Shown here in pieces: positions 52,018 to 64,000 of a stretch of DNA of 64,000 nt. The position numbers and the translations under genes were made by a program. How positions within the stretch are numbered: position 1 is the first letter of the stretch; the number at the start of each line of letters is the position of its first letter. The stretch is taken from the NCBI GenBank assembly GCA_030390025.1, contig CM059431.1:113152001-113216000 (forward strand), given 5' to 3'. The notes beneath the pieces are model-generated. The model saw nothing but the letters and a program-made list of their open reading frames with translations. It was not told the origin of the DNA and searched no databases. The stretch comes from Squalus acanthias. Its lineage: Eukaryota.

Positions 52018-53774
52018 GAGGGGAATTTTCCGGGCGGGATCAGTGGTGGGTCAGGTGGGAAATTTGATTTTTTTTGACAACGGGTCGCGAACCCACCATC
52101 AACCCGCCATAACGTGCCTTTCCCAATGGCGCGTGTGTGATCTCCGATCCGACCCGACCTGTAGAGGCGGGCGACCCAATTAAACCAATTATTGGGTTGT
52201 TGACAGACCCTTAATAATGCTTTTAACCTCACCTTTTAACTTTAACTGCTCGCCCACGGGGTCCACGCTGCTCGGGGACCACGTCTGTGAACCTGAGGCA
52301 GGAGTTGAATGGCCATTGAATCAACTGATTACTTGACAGCTTCAAGTGTAAAGTAAAAGCTCCGACCTGACAGATCATCACTTTCCTCAGCCACAAGCTG
52401 TTTCTCAGTCCATTTCCAGCACAGATTCTGCAGGCTTTCCACTTTCCACTCTCCATCCACTCTCACCTCATTGGAAGAACTCTCTCGGCATTGACAGAAT
52501 GTGTCTGTCATCTCTACTTCACCTGCCATCTATTCCATCAACATGGGTGCCCTTTATACTGTCTCACCTTGGTCCTCAGAATCCAACCACGATCAGCCCC
52601 AACACCAGCAGCACCAGGCACACCAGCAGCACCAACAACAACACCAACCTTCTCCGCAATCACCTGATGCTGCACAGGACAGAGGGCATCAGCACCCAAC
52701 CACATTGCTGCCCGGGAGGCCAGGGATGACCTCGCCATGGCCAGATTTACTTCACTTGACGCTGTATACCCTGGCTGCCACATGATGTGCCAGGTTGGCA
52801 TCACCCCACACCAACACCATAAAGCATCCCTACAATGTCAAAGCCATTCCTTTCACACTCACCACCATTGCGGGGGGTATCGTTATGTCTCATCATTCAC
52901 TGTAACTGACTAAGCCACTTCCAAAGGTGAACACAAATCTGTCCAAGAATGGAAATTGTTGAAAATAAAGGTTTCAATGTTTGACAGCACATTAACAGAA
53001 ACTTTACATGAACATTGGATAAATTACCCAAGTGGCTACCCTTGTGTGTTGCTAGTTGGTATGATTGCACTAGGATGAGGGCAGGTGTGAGGGGTGGCTA
53101 GTGAGATGGGGAAGTGATAATATAGATAGAGAGGGATGAGTGGAGGTGCAAGGTAAGTTGGTGTGAGTCAGGATGTGCAGGGGTAGGGTAGGGAAGGCAG
53201 AGTGATGGGGATGTGATAAGAGGCACAGGAGGATGAGGTTGAGTGTGGCTTTGTACTAACGTTTCATGATCTAATGAGATCATTGAAATGTTTGCGCCAC
53301 TGAACCCAGGTCCTCCTGATCACATCCCTGCTTGTGCCCTCCTGTGTAATGTGCAACCAGGCTGTGTTGCTCTCCTGGGGAGGTCTCTTCCGCCCATCGG
53401 AAGGGAAGAGGACCTCCCTGTGTGCTCTGACTCCCTCTATAAGCATATGGAGGGAGTCATGGGAGAACCTAGGTGCAGCCCTCTGCCTCTGTGCAGTCAG
53501 TGTTTGCAGCATCTCAATGCTGTAGAACACTGACAGTACAAACGTCAAAAGAAATGTGGCAATGGTCCCTTTAAAGAAATCGCCTGATGACGCATCATGA
53601 ATGACGTCACCAGACCCGCTTCCTCTAATTGGACTGGGAAACGCGCTGGCGGGCTTAACAAGCCCAATCAATGTAAATTCATTTTCCAGAGCGGGATGGA
53701 GCCAGCAGCGAGGCCGCGACCCGCCACCGACATCGCCCGACCCCGAAACTGGTGAGGTGAGCAAAATCTCGACC
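52018..53774 (-). mobile_element. Non-autonomous PIF/Harbinger element, most complete copy of the 12914/17164 family
   Basis: TIRs GAGGGGAATTTT / AAAATCTCGACC, flanks GTT/ATT; open Myb/SANT exon RAAPRFSHDSLHMLIEGVRAHREVLFPSDGRKRPPQESNTAWLHI...RRTWVQWRKHFNDLIRS. Confidence 0.88.
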
Positions 53775-55283
53775 ATTGACTCCTTAATAATGGAACAATC
53801 ACAGCTTTCGAATTACAGGTTGCTTTTTGTCACTGATGTCTGTGAGGGTATTTCTCTGTAGATTTTTAATGCTGAACAGCCTCCAGCAAAACTAGAAAAC
53901 ATACAGAGACACACACTAATTGAGAGGAGGCATCTTGACTGAAGAAGAGATCACTAGTCACATCTTTTAGTTATTACCTATATTCAGTTATATAACTCAC
54001 TGAACAACTGCAAGATCATTATTGCTATTTGATGCACGGTTGATTTCTCCAACCTTTATGCCAGATCCTCTGTTCCTCTGTCTCTGGGTTTTCTTTTGTC
54101 TCCCACTCCCTCCATCCCACCATCAGAGGCAATCATACACTCACGATGCTCCTTTCTGGAATTCTCTCCCCAAACCATTTTACTTTGCTACTTCCCTCCA
54201 TATTTTCCAAAGTTTTGTAAAAACTTAACTCTTTGGTCGTCTCCCCAAATTCCTCCTTTCTTTGACTGGTGTCCAGCTCTCCGCCAGCAAAGTACTCTGA
54301 GAGCCTAGCATTGATATTCAGTGAACCCACTGGTGAGTGGAAGTGTGGCAGGGCAGGACTTTCACCTGTCATTGCCGATAGTAATGCAACAGCAGTACGT
54401 GACCATTGGAGGAGGCAGATAATTGGAGCAGCTCTCTGCCCGAGGTCCAGGTTGGACCTAATAAAAGAGAGCTAAACTTTTTTATGTTGGTAAATCAAAT
54501 TCAAGAACATGTTTTTGTTGTAAGTTCTAGAGGGTGCCAATTTTATGACAAAATCTAGTGGAGAGGTTATATGCTAGGGTGACCAGATTGCATCCTATCT
54601 CACTCATGTCCTCAACTAAATCTTCTCTAAACTCCTTAGTGCTATTTCTAACCTCTGTTTGTAAATTCTCTTGTGTTGTTTCCCAGTTCTCAGCTGTCCC
54701 TGAACTATCTGATCCCATTAATGTTTCCTTATTTTGCCTCACCTCTGGCATGACCTATTGCTCAAATGTCCAGCCACACTATTAAGCGAGTAGTTTTTGT
54801 CTTTTCTGGTCCAGGTGTTCACCCTCAAAGATCATCACAAGGTAGTGTGTGCAACCATACCCAAGGAATCTTCATAAACAGGTTAATCAGGAGTTGGTTG
54901 TATTCCTTCCTTGTTCCCAGAACGCCAATGACAGCTTCTGGCAGTCAGTAGACTTTACCTCCACTCCAAACCTATTGGTTATAAAGAAGAGTGAGCAATG
55001 TGTTGGAGACTATGGGGAAATATTCCCTCTGTTTGATACTAAAAGTAAATCATAAACACCTTGATTGTAACCGTATTTATGATTTCACCACAATTAATAA
55101 CAGAGGAATTATCCCCCTCCCCGTATCAGAAATAAGACTACGAGATAACAAACAGTTGAAGGCTTGCTTGAACTGGAAGTGGGTTTTATGCTTCTGCTTT
55201 TAGTGCACCCACTTGTGCTGTCTTATTAGCCTGTTGTGGCCTGGCCTGATGGTTTCTATGTTCCTAGTGGAGAGGTTATATGC

Positions 55284-55375
55284 TAGGGTGACCAGATTTT
55301 CTAAACCGAATCCGGGGACATGCAGGGTGGGAGCACAGGAAAGTAGCCAGGATGGAAAATGGAGGTTGCACAGTG

Positions 55376-55460
<85 letters not shown>

Positions 55461-57337
55461 TGTGGATGTGACAGCACACTATTAAAGCGCAGTTAGACAC
55501 TGTTTATAAATAATACAATAACACTGTTCGTGAACGTCAGTTTTTCGTACCCACTGTCTACACGGCCGAGTAAGAAAATCTTTCTTTATCTCACTGCCCA
55601 AGTCATTTTTCACAGATTTATTACTGATTGCTGTGCTATCTCCGCGTTTCAAGAAAACCGGCATGGCGACTTTGTTGCTTCTGCTAGTGAAATACACGTA
55701 GAGATTAACCTCCATCAACCATCGCGCAGTCAACGATAATGTGAATATGTGGAACAGGTGCTCTGCTGCACGCTAGTTCCAGGATATGAAAGATTACACG
55801 TGAGGGTCTCTGACGGGTAACCATGTTCCTATCTTTAGTTTTCATGCTGATGACCACACAAAGTACAACCAAATAGCATTCACCCATTAGTTCCAAGCTT
55901 TCTGTACACTAACTGACACCCATCTCTACCTCTCCACTGTCTCTCTCAACATTTCCACTACCTTTGTGTTGTCAAATTGCTCATCTGACATCTAATCCTG
56001 GATGAGCTAAAAATTCTTCCAGTTAAACATTGAGAACACCTAAGCCATTGTTTTCAGCCCCACCACAAACTCCGTTCCTTGGCCATCGATTCCTTCTCTG
56101 TTCCCTGCCCACTATCTCCAGTTGAACCAAATGGTTTGCCATCGCAGCGTCCCTGAACTAAACTTCCATCTCCATAATCCTCTCCATCACAAAGACATCC
56201 CATTTCCACCTCCGTAACATTGCCCGGCTTCCCTCCTATAGCTGAGTTTTAAAAAGAAACAGCTTTCAGAATTTTCTCCAGTGTACGTACTATGGAAATT
56301 CCAATGTTCTCTCCAACAACACTAGAAGGAGCTCACAGACTTGTTTGTCATGAAGATTAAGACCATCTGTTCATCTGCCTCTGCCACACCCCCCAATTAC
56401 CTTGTCCACCAAGCCAAACCTCTCCCAAGGCTCCCCTGTGCCCTCGCCCTGAACCCATGTCTTTCTCTAGTTTCTCCCTTACCTCTTGCTCTTTCTATGT
56501 GAATGAGACCCACTTCCTGGCTCGCTTGACCCCATTCCCACTAAACTGTTGGCCACTAATGTACTACTAGTGTTTATTTCAGTATCATTGCACACAAGCT
56601 AAAAACAAACAACAAAATGGCCTAAAAGCTGGATCTATGAGTGGTAAAGATTGATTAGATAAGATAAAAAAACCTACATATGCTAGAAATTTGAAACAAA
56701 AACAAACAGCTCAATCAACATCTATGAAAAACGTTAACATTTTTGGGACCAGATTTCTTTAGAACTAGGGGTTGAATTAGTAAGTACACAACATATCCGA
56801 GTACTTAAAGATACTGGTTAAATAAACTTACTTTCTTAAATTTGCCGCGCAGTCTTGGCTCCATTCTTACTCTGCTCTTTCACAAATACATCACCCACTA
56901 GCCCTCCGTCTTTCACTGGATAATCCCGCCTCTGCCTGCACGTCATCGAATTTATTTGTAATGTAGATGCAGCTCAATTTCCCCCTGCTTTGATTGGTCA
57001 GTTCTGCCATCAATCATCAGTTTGATGACATGGTGGGCGGCGCCACCACGATGTCACGACCCAGGTTGTTGAAACATCAGCCTCACCTGCGATAATTAAT
57101 TATAGTGCACTGTTTTGGGATGTAACTAATGGGGGTGAAATTTTAAATTTATTTTCCGAAATCTGTGGGCCAGAGTTCTTGTTTATTGCCTGAGACTATT
57201 TTACATTTAATCTCTGAACATTTTATTTGGGGACAAGTTTCCTGAACCAGGGACTATTCCGGGGGCATTTTTTGCCTGGAGACACAGTACCTAATCCAGG
57301 GACTGTCCCTGGAAAACAGGGACATATGGTCCCCCTA
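55284..57337. mobile_element. hAT (Blackjack-like termini) non-autonomous transposon with nested L2 fragments
   Basis: TIRs TAGGGTGACCAGAT / ATATGGTCCCCCTA; perfect 8-bp TSD TTATATGC (55276-55283, 57338-57345); subterminal GGGAC repeats; L2 pieces at ~55905-56555. Confidence 0.88.
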
Positions 57338-58965
57338 TTATATGCAGCTCTTGATTACCCCCTGGCTGACCCTGCTCTTGTTTGTCCCTGTATCATGACC
57401 AAGAACTCTGTCAGATTTTGGCACAAAACTATAAACAGCTTGATGCATCTCTGATTATTTCATCAGATGGGGAATATGATTCCTCCCTGGGTCCTACCAG
57501 ATCTGTTTTGACGTAGATCAACTAACCTTTGCCTCAAAAGTCATATAAGTGTTTTCTCGTATCATTGATTTTCATCTTCATTTAGAAGTGTGAACTGGAC
57601 ATGTTGGCTATGCTGAGCTTACTTTTGAAGCTCTCCTGGATAATAGCATTATTATTGCTCTTTTCTATAATGCTCCTTTGTTCCTGGGAACTTCAGCTAC
57701 AATTACTGAATGTTTGTAGCAGTCTTGCTATTGATATTGCTCCTGAAGTTGTGTGATTTGGCTACATCATATTCTGAAGGTGTGTGAATGGACTATGTCC
57801 ATTCATTGTGCTATATGTTCCATTAGCATATATTAAGATTTAATTTCTCTCCATTTATATCTTCCACAAATCTGGCTGATGTAAATGAGCGTCAGGCTAG
57901 GAAATAGAATCTAAAACTTGCATCATGGTGTATAACCCATATGTGGCGGTGTATACACTTGTACCATGTACAGAATAGCGTTATACACAGGCAGTCAATA
58001 CTAGTGCAGCCTTTAAGCCAAGTGGGGTTAGAGAACTGAGGGATAATTGGACCACAGCTGAGCCACGATTACAAGAATGGAGGTCAGAGGAAAACAATAC
58101 ACGGGATGGTGGGGGAGGGGGAAAGTAGAACAGGATGCGAGAAGGTGAAGATAGTGGTTTGGAGTGAGAGGGAGATATAGTCGGGTGAGGGAAAGGAGGA
58201 ACATGGAGAGAGAGTAGAGGCTAGGAGAGGGAAGGTAGAGCATGATTAGAGATTGGGGATGAGGGGAGAGGTACAGCAGGGTTAGAGGCTGGGAGGAGGG
58301 AGAAGGCAAGGTAGAGGAGGTTATCAGCCAAAGAAGAGTTAGAGCTGTAGGAGTTGGGAGACTCAAAGGTGCACTGTATGTTCTTGAGAGATCAGGAGGA
58401 AGATGGGTAGATAACTGGCAGCCCAATAACCATGGTCTAAAGAGGTCAGGAAGGAAGATGGCCGGGGGGGCAACTTTGGGTTAAAATACTCTGGCGGGGA
58501 AATAAATCAAGTTAATAATTTAAAAATATAAATAAAACTGATTTAAAAAAACTGAATACTTACTTATGGAAGAGAAAATCACAAAACCAAAATGGAGGAT
58601 ATAGTTCAGGTTGACTAAATTTACAAAAAGTGCACCACAGCAGCACCCCATGGTCAGAGCCTGCAACTGCATGCAGACCACAACATTTTTTTGAATACTT
58701 CAACTACAGAATATCTCAGGCTTTTGTGACAGCCTAAACATTACCCTACTCCACTAAGCTGGGAAAGTCCTATTACAGTGCCACTTACAAGCATCACAGG
58801 CAATTACAAATGTATCAGACAGGTGTGGACATACTTAAAATTGAAAACTCCATAGGAATTGTATATGATGGGGAAGATGCTACAAACATACTGCTTTAAA
58901 TATTATATTGATAATAAGAGTCTTGTGCCCAGCATACACTTCTAGTAAACTTGACTGGACGAGAC

Positions 58966-59590
58966 ACATAAATACAAGAGCAGGTCAGAGGCTAGGCATT
59001 CTGTGGTGAGTGACTCACCTCCAGACTCCCCAAAGCCTTTCCACCATCTACAAGGCACAAGTCAGGAGTGTGATGGAATATTTTCCACTTGCCTGAATGA
59101 GTGCAGCTCCAACAACACTCAAGAAGCTTGACACCATCCAGGACAAAGCCGCCCGCTTGATCGCACCCCATCCACCACCTTAAACATTCATTCCCTCCAC
59201 CACCGGCGCACCATGGCTTCAGTGTGTACCATCTACAAGATGCACTGCAGCAACTCGCCAAGGCTTCTTTGCCAGCACTTCCCAAACCCGTGACCTCTAC
59301 TACCGAGAAGGACAAGGGCAGCAGGCGCATGGGAACACCACCACCTCCAAGTTCCCCTCCAAGTCACACACCATCCTGACTTGGAAGTATATCGCCGTTC
59401 CTTCATCGTCGCTGGGTCAAAATCCTGGAACTCCCTCCCTAACAGCACTGTGGGAGTACCTTCACCACACGGACTGCAGTGGTTCAAGAAGGCAGCTCAC
59501 CATCACTTTCTCAAGGGGAATTAGGGATGGGCAATAAATGCTGGCCTTGAAAGTGATGCCTACATCCCGTTAATGAATACATTAAAAAAA
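58966..59590 (+). mobile_element. Non-LTR retrotransposon 3' end (family of 5200-6595)
   Basis: Reverse complement of 5210-5830; AATAAA and A-rich tail. Confidence 0.9.
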
Positions 59591-60535
59591 ATTGTCACTC
59601 TTACTTCCTGTAACATTTTCCCTTTCAAACTTTATTCACGGCATCCCTATTATAAAACAACATATCCTCCAACCCTACCCTCAGCAACACTATAGCAGGT
59701 TTCTTGCACTGTAAAATTGTTGGGAGGATCAGGAATTCTTTTCCAAGTGCGCAGATCATTACAACTGAACTGCACTGAGGAAAGCAGTGCAAAAGACTGT
59801 GTGAAAAGTTGGCGGAAAAGTGGGAAGTCTCATGAAAGCTCAGGCATGCGGATCGCAATCAACAATATCTGTTTTCTACCAAGCGAGCCAACAATGGACC
59901 CTGGTTCAGCAGACTGCAAACACAACACGTCTTGCATCCCACTTGCTGCAGTGCAAAGTCGTTACGCCGTTGGACTGGACGAGGTTCGTCATATTCTGTG
60001 CCAGAGTTACTCCTTCTGTATCATTTCGTAGAAATGTTTGAGCTGTTGGCTCTCAAACGAGATAATTGCCTGAAGAGCACAGAAACAATTTCTGGTGCTT
60101 AGGCCAGTCCTTGATGTTTAAGCCAGGAACACAAAACCTTTTGCAGCTGTACCGCAACACTCAGCATGAATTAAGGAATACTATTGTGAAGTTGCCGCAC
60201 TGAGTAAGCTCAGTTAATCTACCCTCCTACATGTGATATATTGAGCCTGATTACATCGCACTCTATAATCAAACTACTAGGGAAATTTTCTGGTTCAGTG
60301 AATAAGAAGTGGGTTTATTTTGTCATCTATATTCATGATCTTGTCGACTGTGTAAAGTGTCTACTGGTGGATAATGCCGGTGAGTTCTCTACGTGAAGTC
60401 CATCACATTCTATTGCATCAGCTGATACATAGAATCACACAGCACAGAAGGAGACCATTCAGCCCATCGTGCTTGTGCCGGCTCTTTGAGAGAGCTATCC
60501 AATGAGTTCCACTCGCCCGCTCTTTCCCCAAAGCC

Positions 60536-61133
60536 TATTCCCCGCTTTTATCGACACCAACGCCTTGGCTGCCCGTGCTTGCAAACATCGCACCACCACA
60601 CCTACGCCGGGAATATGCAGTCTCCAGAGAATACAACCGCTACACTAGCAAAGACATGCCGATCCAGGCCGACTTGAACAACCTACCACCAGCCCGTCTC
60701 AAATCTAGAAGACCATTTTGGACCGTCACCAAAGCCCTTCAGCGATCTCCCCTCGGCCTTGATGACCGATGGCGAAATGCTTGGAAGAACTGTGACATAT
60801 GGAATGGATTCATTATAGAGGACCTCACAGTACAACCTGAAGGATTAAACTTTCCTCACCAACAGTGGACAACCATCAACCGCCTCAGAACTGGTCATGG
60901 TAGATACTGCCACCTTCTCCATAGATGGAAGATTAAAGCCTCCCCATCATGCGACTGTGGAGCTCCTAATCAGACCCTGGAGCACATCATTGAGCGCTGC
61001 CCTCAGAGGAAATTCGCAGGCAGTCTACAAGATACCCACGCTGTTACACAGTAAGCTTTGGCTTGGATATCTGACTTAGATATTGACATTTGATTTGCTT
61101 TGCTGCTAGCATACGAAAGAAGAAGAAGAAGAA
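60536..61133 (+). mobile_element. Ingi/Vingi-like (I-group) LINE 3' end inserted in a CR1 tail
   Basis: LANIAPPHLRR...RLKSRRPFW...WTTINRLRTGHGR...W....SPSCDCGA..QTLEHIIERCP (C-terminal CCHC finger); (GAA)n tail; CR1 tail on - at 60427-60535 resumes at 61134. Confidence 0.75.
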
Positions 61134-62823
61134 TGGCCCTGAAAATTTTTCATTTTCAAGTATATATCCAATTCCCAAGTATATATCCAAAAACATCAGC
61201 TGCCAATAACATTACTGACTGTTACCTTGATTTTATTGTCATCTTGATTAATATTCCACAGAGATAATATTGAGAAAAGATGAATGATTGTGTGAGTAAG
61301 ACAAAACAAAGCACAATTTGTTGACCTAAGATATGAAGACTAAAGTAATTGAGAAGAAGAATCATTTTTTACAAGTTAAATGGGTGATAATATGAAAATA
61401 GCAATTTTTTTTGGAATACTTTTGGTTTATGCCGTGAAAATTGTAGTAAATGACTTGAATGAATAGCTCTTTTAAATTTGACATAATCAGTCCTGTTGAT
61501 CTGAAGTTGTGGGAGTTTGCTTGAAAAGTCAAGACTTGAACACAGAACAGCGGATGGGCTTGTTGTATGTTAGATGGATTGTTTGTAGCAGTGAGTATTT
61601 ATTCATAGTTTAGACTGCGAGTGAGAACAGCAGTTGTTCTCCTTACATGGACTTCAAATCCCACAAGATTCTGTGATAATTAATCCTTGATGTAAGAATG
61701 ACATCAGCAACATGCTCTTCTGGCTTCTGTCCAGCACCTTTCCTCTTGACTGATCTACTGTGAATTGCTTTTGTCAGATTTGCTTCAGGGACCATCCATA
61801 TTTGCTGACTTTTATTACAAGAGTAGAAATAATACTCTTTTGGTCAATTTTAATCCTACTCGCTCAGCAGATACCTGGTGGGTGGCCAGTTAAAATCGCC
61901 CTGGCACTTACCTGTCCGAAAGCTGCCATGATCTCAACATCTGCAATTTTAACCTGCTCTCCTGAGCAGGCAGCAAGGACACGCGGCCGGAGCCAACAGG
62001 GTCTTTCTTTACATATACATGTTGTGGCCCGATGACATCATTGAGACCCGACTGTAATTTTAACTCAGGCCTGAGGGTATATCACCTGGAGTTAAGATCG
62101 GGCCACACACTGTTAAGAAAAGAGAAAATTGAACATTTTATAAGTGTGCATTCCTTTGTACATCCAGTCAAGCGTAAATCATGTAGGCTATAAGGTTAGG
62201 TAGATATGCTGATAGGGTTAGAGATAGGCTGATAGGGTTAGATGAAGTAGAGTGGGAGGAGGTTCATGTGGAGCATAAACACCGGCATAGACCAATTGGG
62301 CTGAACGGCTTGTTTCCGTGCTGTTAGTTCTATGTAAGATATTCTGGAGTTTTGCTTGATTTATCTTTGGAGGGTAAAGGTAAATGTTATAGAATTTTAC
62401 CTCGGCAGATGGAATGGGTTAAAATGAAATCCATGACAGAGCGATGGTATGTGGTCTACAGAAAGTACAGGCTATTGGACCAGGGTCTTGTTCCGTGCTT
62501 ATTCTGTTCTTGAAGTGATAGTTTTAGAGCCTGGAAGTGGATGGCTATTAATCACCACCTGAGAGGATGAGGGTGCTAACAGTCCCCAGATTCTGCACAT
62601 ATTCTATAAACTTGGGTTGAATAGACAGTATGCATTCTTGCTAATATAATCAATCAGAGCTTTAGAACAGACTGTAGCATCCAGATAGAATCAATATTAT
62701 TTTCTTATAAATAATTTTTGACGTCAACTATTTTGCAGTTTATTTTCTTATTCCACAATCAAATTTGGATTCCCACAAGAGGCTGAGCGAGGTTGCCAAG
62801 CAAACCAACATGACTTTCCTAGT

Positions 62824-63058
62824 ATAAAAGCAAAATACTGTGCATGCTGGAAATCTGAAATAAAAACAGAAAATGCTGGAAATACTCAGCAGGTCAGGCA
62901 GCATCTGTGGAGAGAGAAACAGAGTTAATGTTTCAGGTCAATTACCTTTCGTCAGAACTCTGATGAACGGTCATCAACCTGAAACATTAACTCTGTTTCT
63001 TTCTCCACAGATGCTGCCTGACCTGCTGAGTGTTTCCAGCATTTTCTGTTTTTATGTT
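62824..63058. mobile_element. Fold-back mini-element of two inverted Penelope family A terminal repeats
   Basis: ~95-bp inverted arms meeting at the two hammerhead 5' ends (62950-62965); 14-bp duplication ATGACTTTCCTAGT at 62810-62823 and 63059-63072. Confidence 0.88.
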
Positions 63059-63324
63059 ATGACTTTCCTAGTTGTCATTTGGAGGTATTTGTTTTGCAGC
63101 AGTCTACATATGATTATCACCAAGCTAGATAAATAGCCATAAACTCCAGGCTAAATAGTAAGAGAGTCTAGACCTCTTTACAATTAACAAATGCTTGAAA
63201 GAAATGTATTCCTCCTTTTAATTTGAATAAATTGATCCAAAGACTGTATCTGAGCCTTTCTTATTGATTTATTAATGTGGAAGAATCAAAAATCATCTAG
63301 TAAATGATTATGGGTCCATATTAT

Positions 63325-64000
63325 GTGGTCTACATACTCTTCTACTTTCCAGTATTACACAAAGGACAAACATCAAGATTTGAGCGGGAGATAAGGGAAC
63401 ACAGCACTAGACAACAAATGTCCATCGCTCTCTTATTCTCTTGATTTGACTCTTGACTCGGGCTGAACTCTTGCTTATTATTCTCTTATCTGGCTGATGA
63501 CTGCTGAACTCTTATTCGCTTGCCGCTTCATGGACTCGCTTGACTGGTGAGCTTTTAATTGTCTCTCTGGACTTCTACAACCATGTCCAAGCACTGTCGA
63601 GTTCTTCATGACAACGGGGAGCCCAGCCTGCTTGCCGGAGCAGCGAAGATAAACAAGTGGGGTACAGAGACCCCTTCAAACACGTGACAGTCAGGCGCTG
63701 CAGCGAAACGAGCCGAGTGCCTTACTTTAAAATTCTCCGAAGTATCACGAGTGGTGAGCATGTTTCCTCGATCCTACAAATCTAGATTAGTGTAGGTATT
63801 GATAGGGGAGGGTAGTTTTATTAAGGATAAATATAATGTGTCCCCCTTTTTACGATGTGCCGTGCGTTCCTCATTACCCTAGACCAAGTTTTATGAATGT
63901 ATGTATACTTGTACTGTCATTAATTTGTGCCTATGACATGTACTTCATGATTTTGGACATTATGCAATAAAGATTTCCATTTCGTACTATTCAACCGGGT
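63325..64000 (+). mobile_element. Possible LTR (runs off window)
   Basis: Shift to CpG-containing unique sequence, TGT start candidate, pyrimidine-rich direct repeats (gctgaactctt x2), AATAAA at 63966 followed by U5-like sequence; the end is not visible. Confidence 0.35.

Noticed and set aside
58028..58426. 132-aa Pro/Ser/Leu-rich ORF
   Set aside because: Product of a purine-rich low-complexity tract; no domain or splice support.
59717..60210. Possible BED-finger/hAT transposase remnant (NTTRLASHLLQC)
   Set aside because: Only a partial motif with stops nearby; cannot be supported without a profile search.
28000..64000. EDNRB or other host coding exons
   Set aside because: No GPCR-like or otherwise recognisable host peptide in the ORF track or by eye; very short exons cannot be excluded.

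Overview
Vertebrate genomic DNA, very likely a cartilaginous fish (shark). This is inferred from a repeat landscape of SacSINE1/DeuSINE-like SINEs, CR1/L2 LINEs, Penelope elements and abundant Harbinger-type transposons. The first ~28 kb carries the last five coding exons of SLAIN1 on the + strand (4023-4172, 7454-7786, 12191-12322, 21857-22139, 24743-24818). All have GT-AG borders and compatible phases, the protein ends in the typical ...WRDGCY*, and a putative ~3 kb 3' UTR follows. The remaining ~36 kb is apparently intergenic and dominated by nested mobile elements. Notable structure: (1) two Penelope-like families carrying minimal type-I hammerhead ribozymes with compensatory stems, including ~80-235 bp ribozyme-starting mini-copies each flanked by 10-14 bp duplications; (2) a large set of PIF/Harbinger-like elements with non-TWA (mostly AWT) 3-bp TSDs, including a non-autonomous family that keeps the Myb/SANT exon but lacks the DDE core, and MITEs carrying an E-box/CCAAT module plus a hairpin conserved in structure rather than sequence; (3) two insertions that look like templated repair or long-duplication events; (4) hAT elements, a solo LTR and an Ingi/Vingi-like LINE. 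Family names come from recalled motifs, not database searches. Repeat boundaries without TSDs are approximate.
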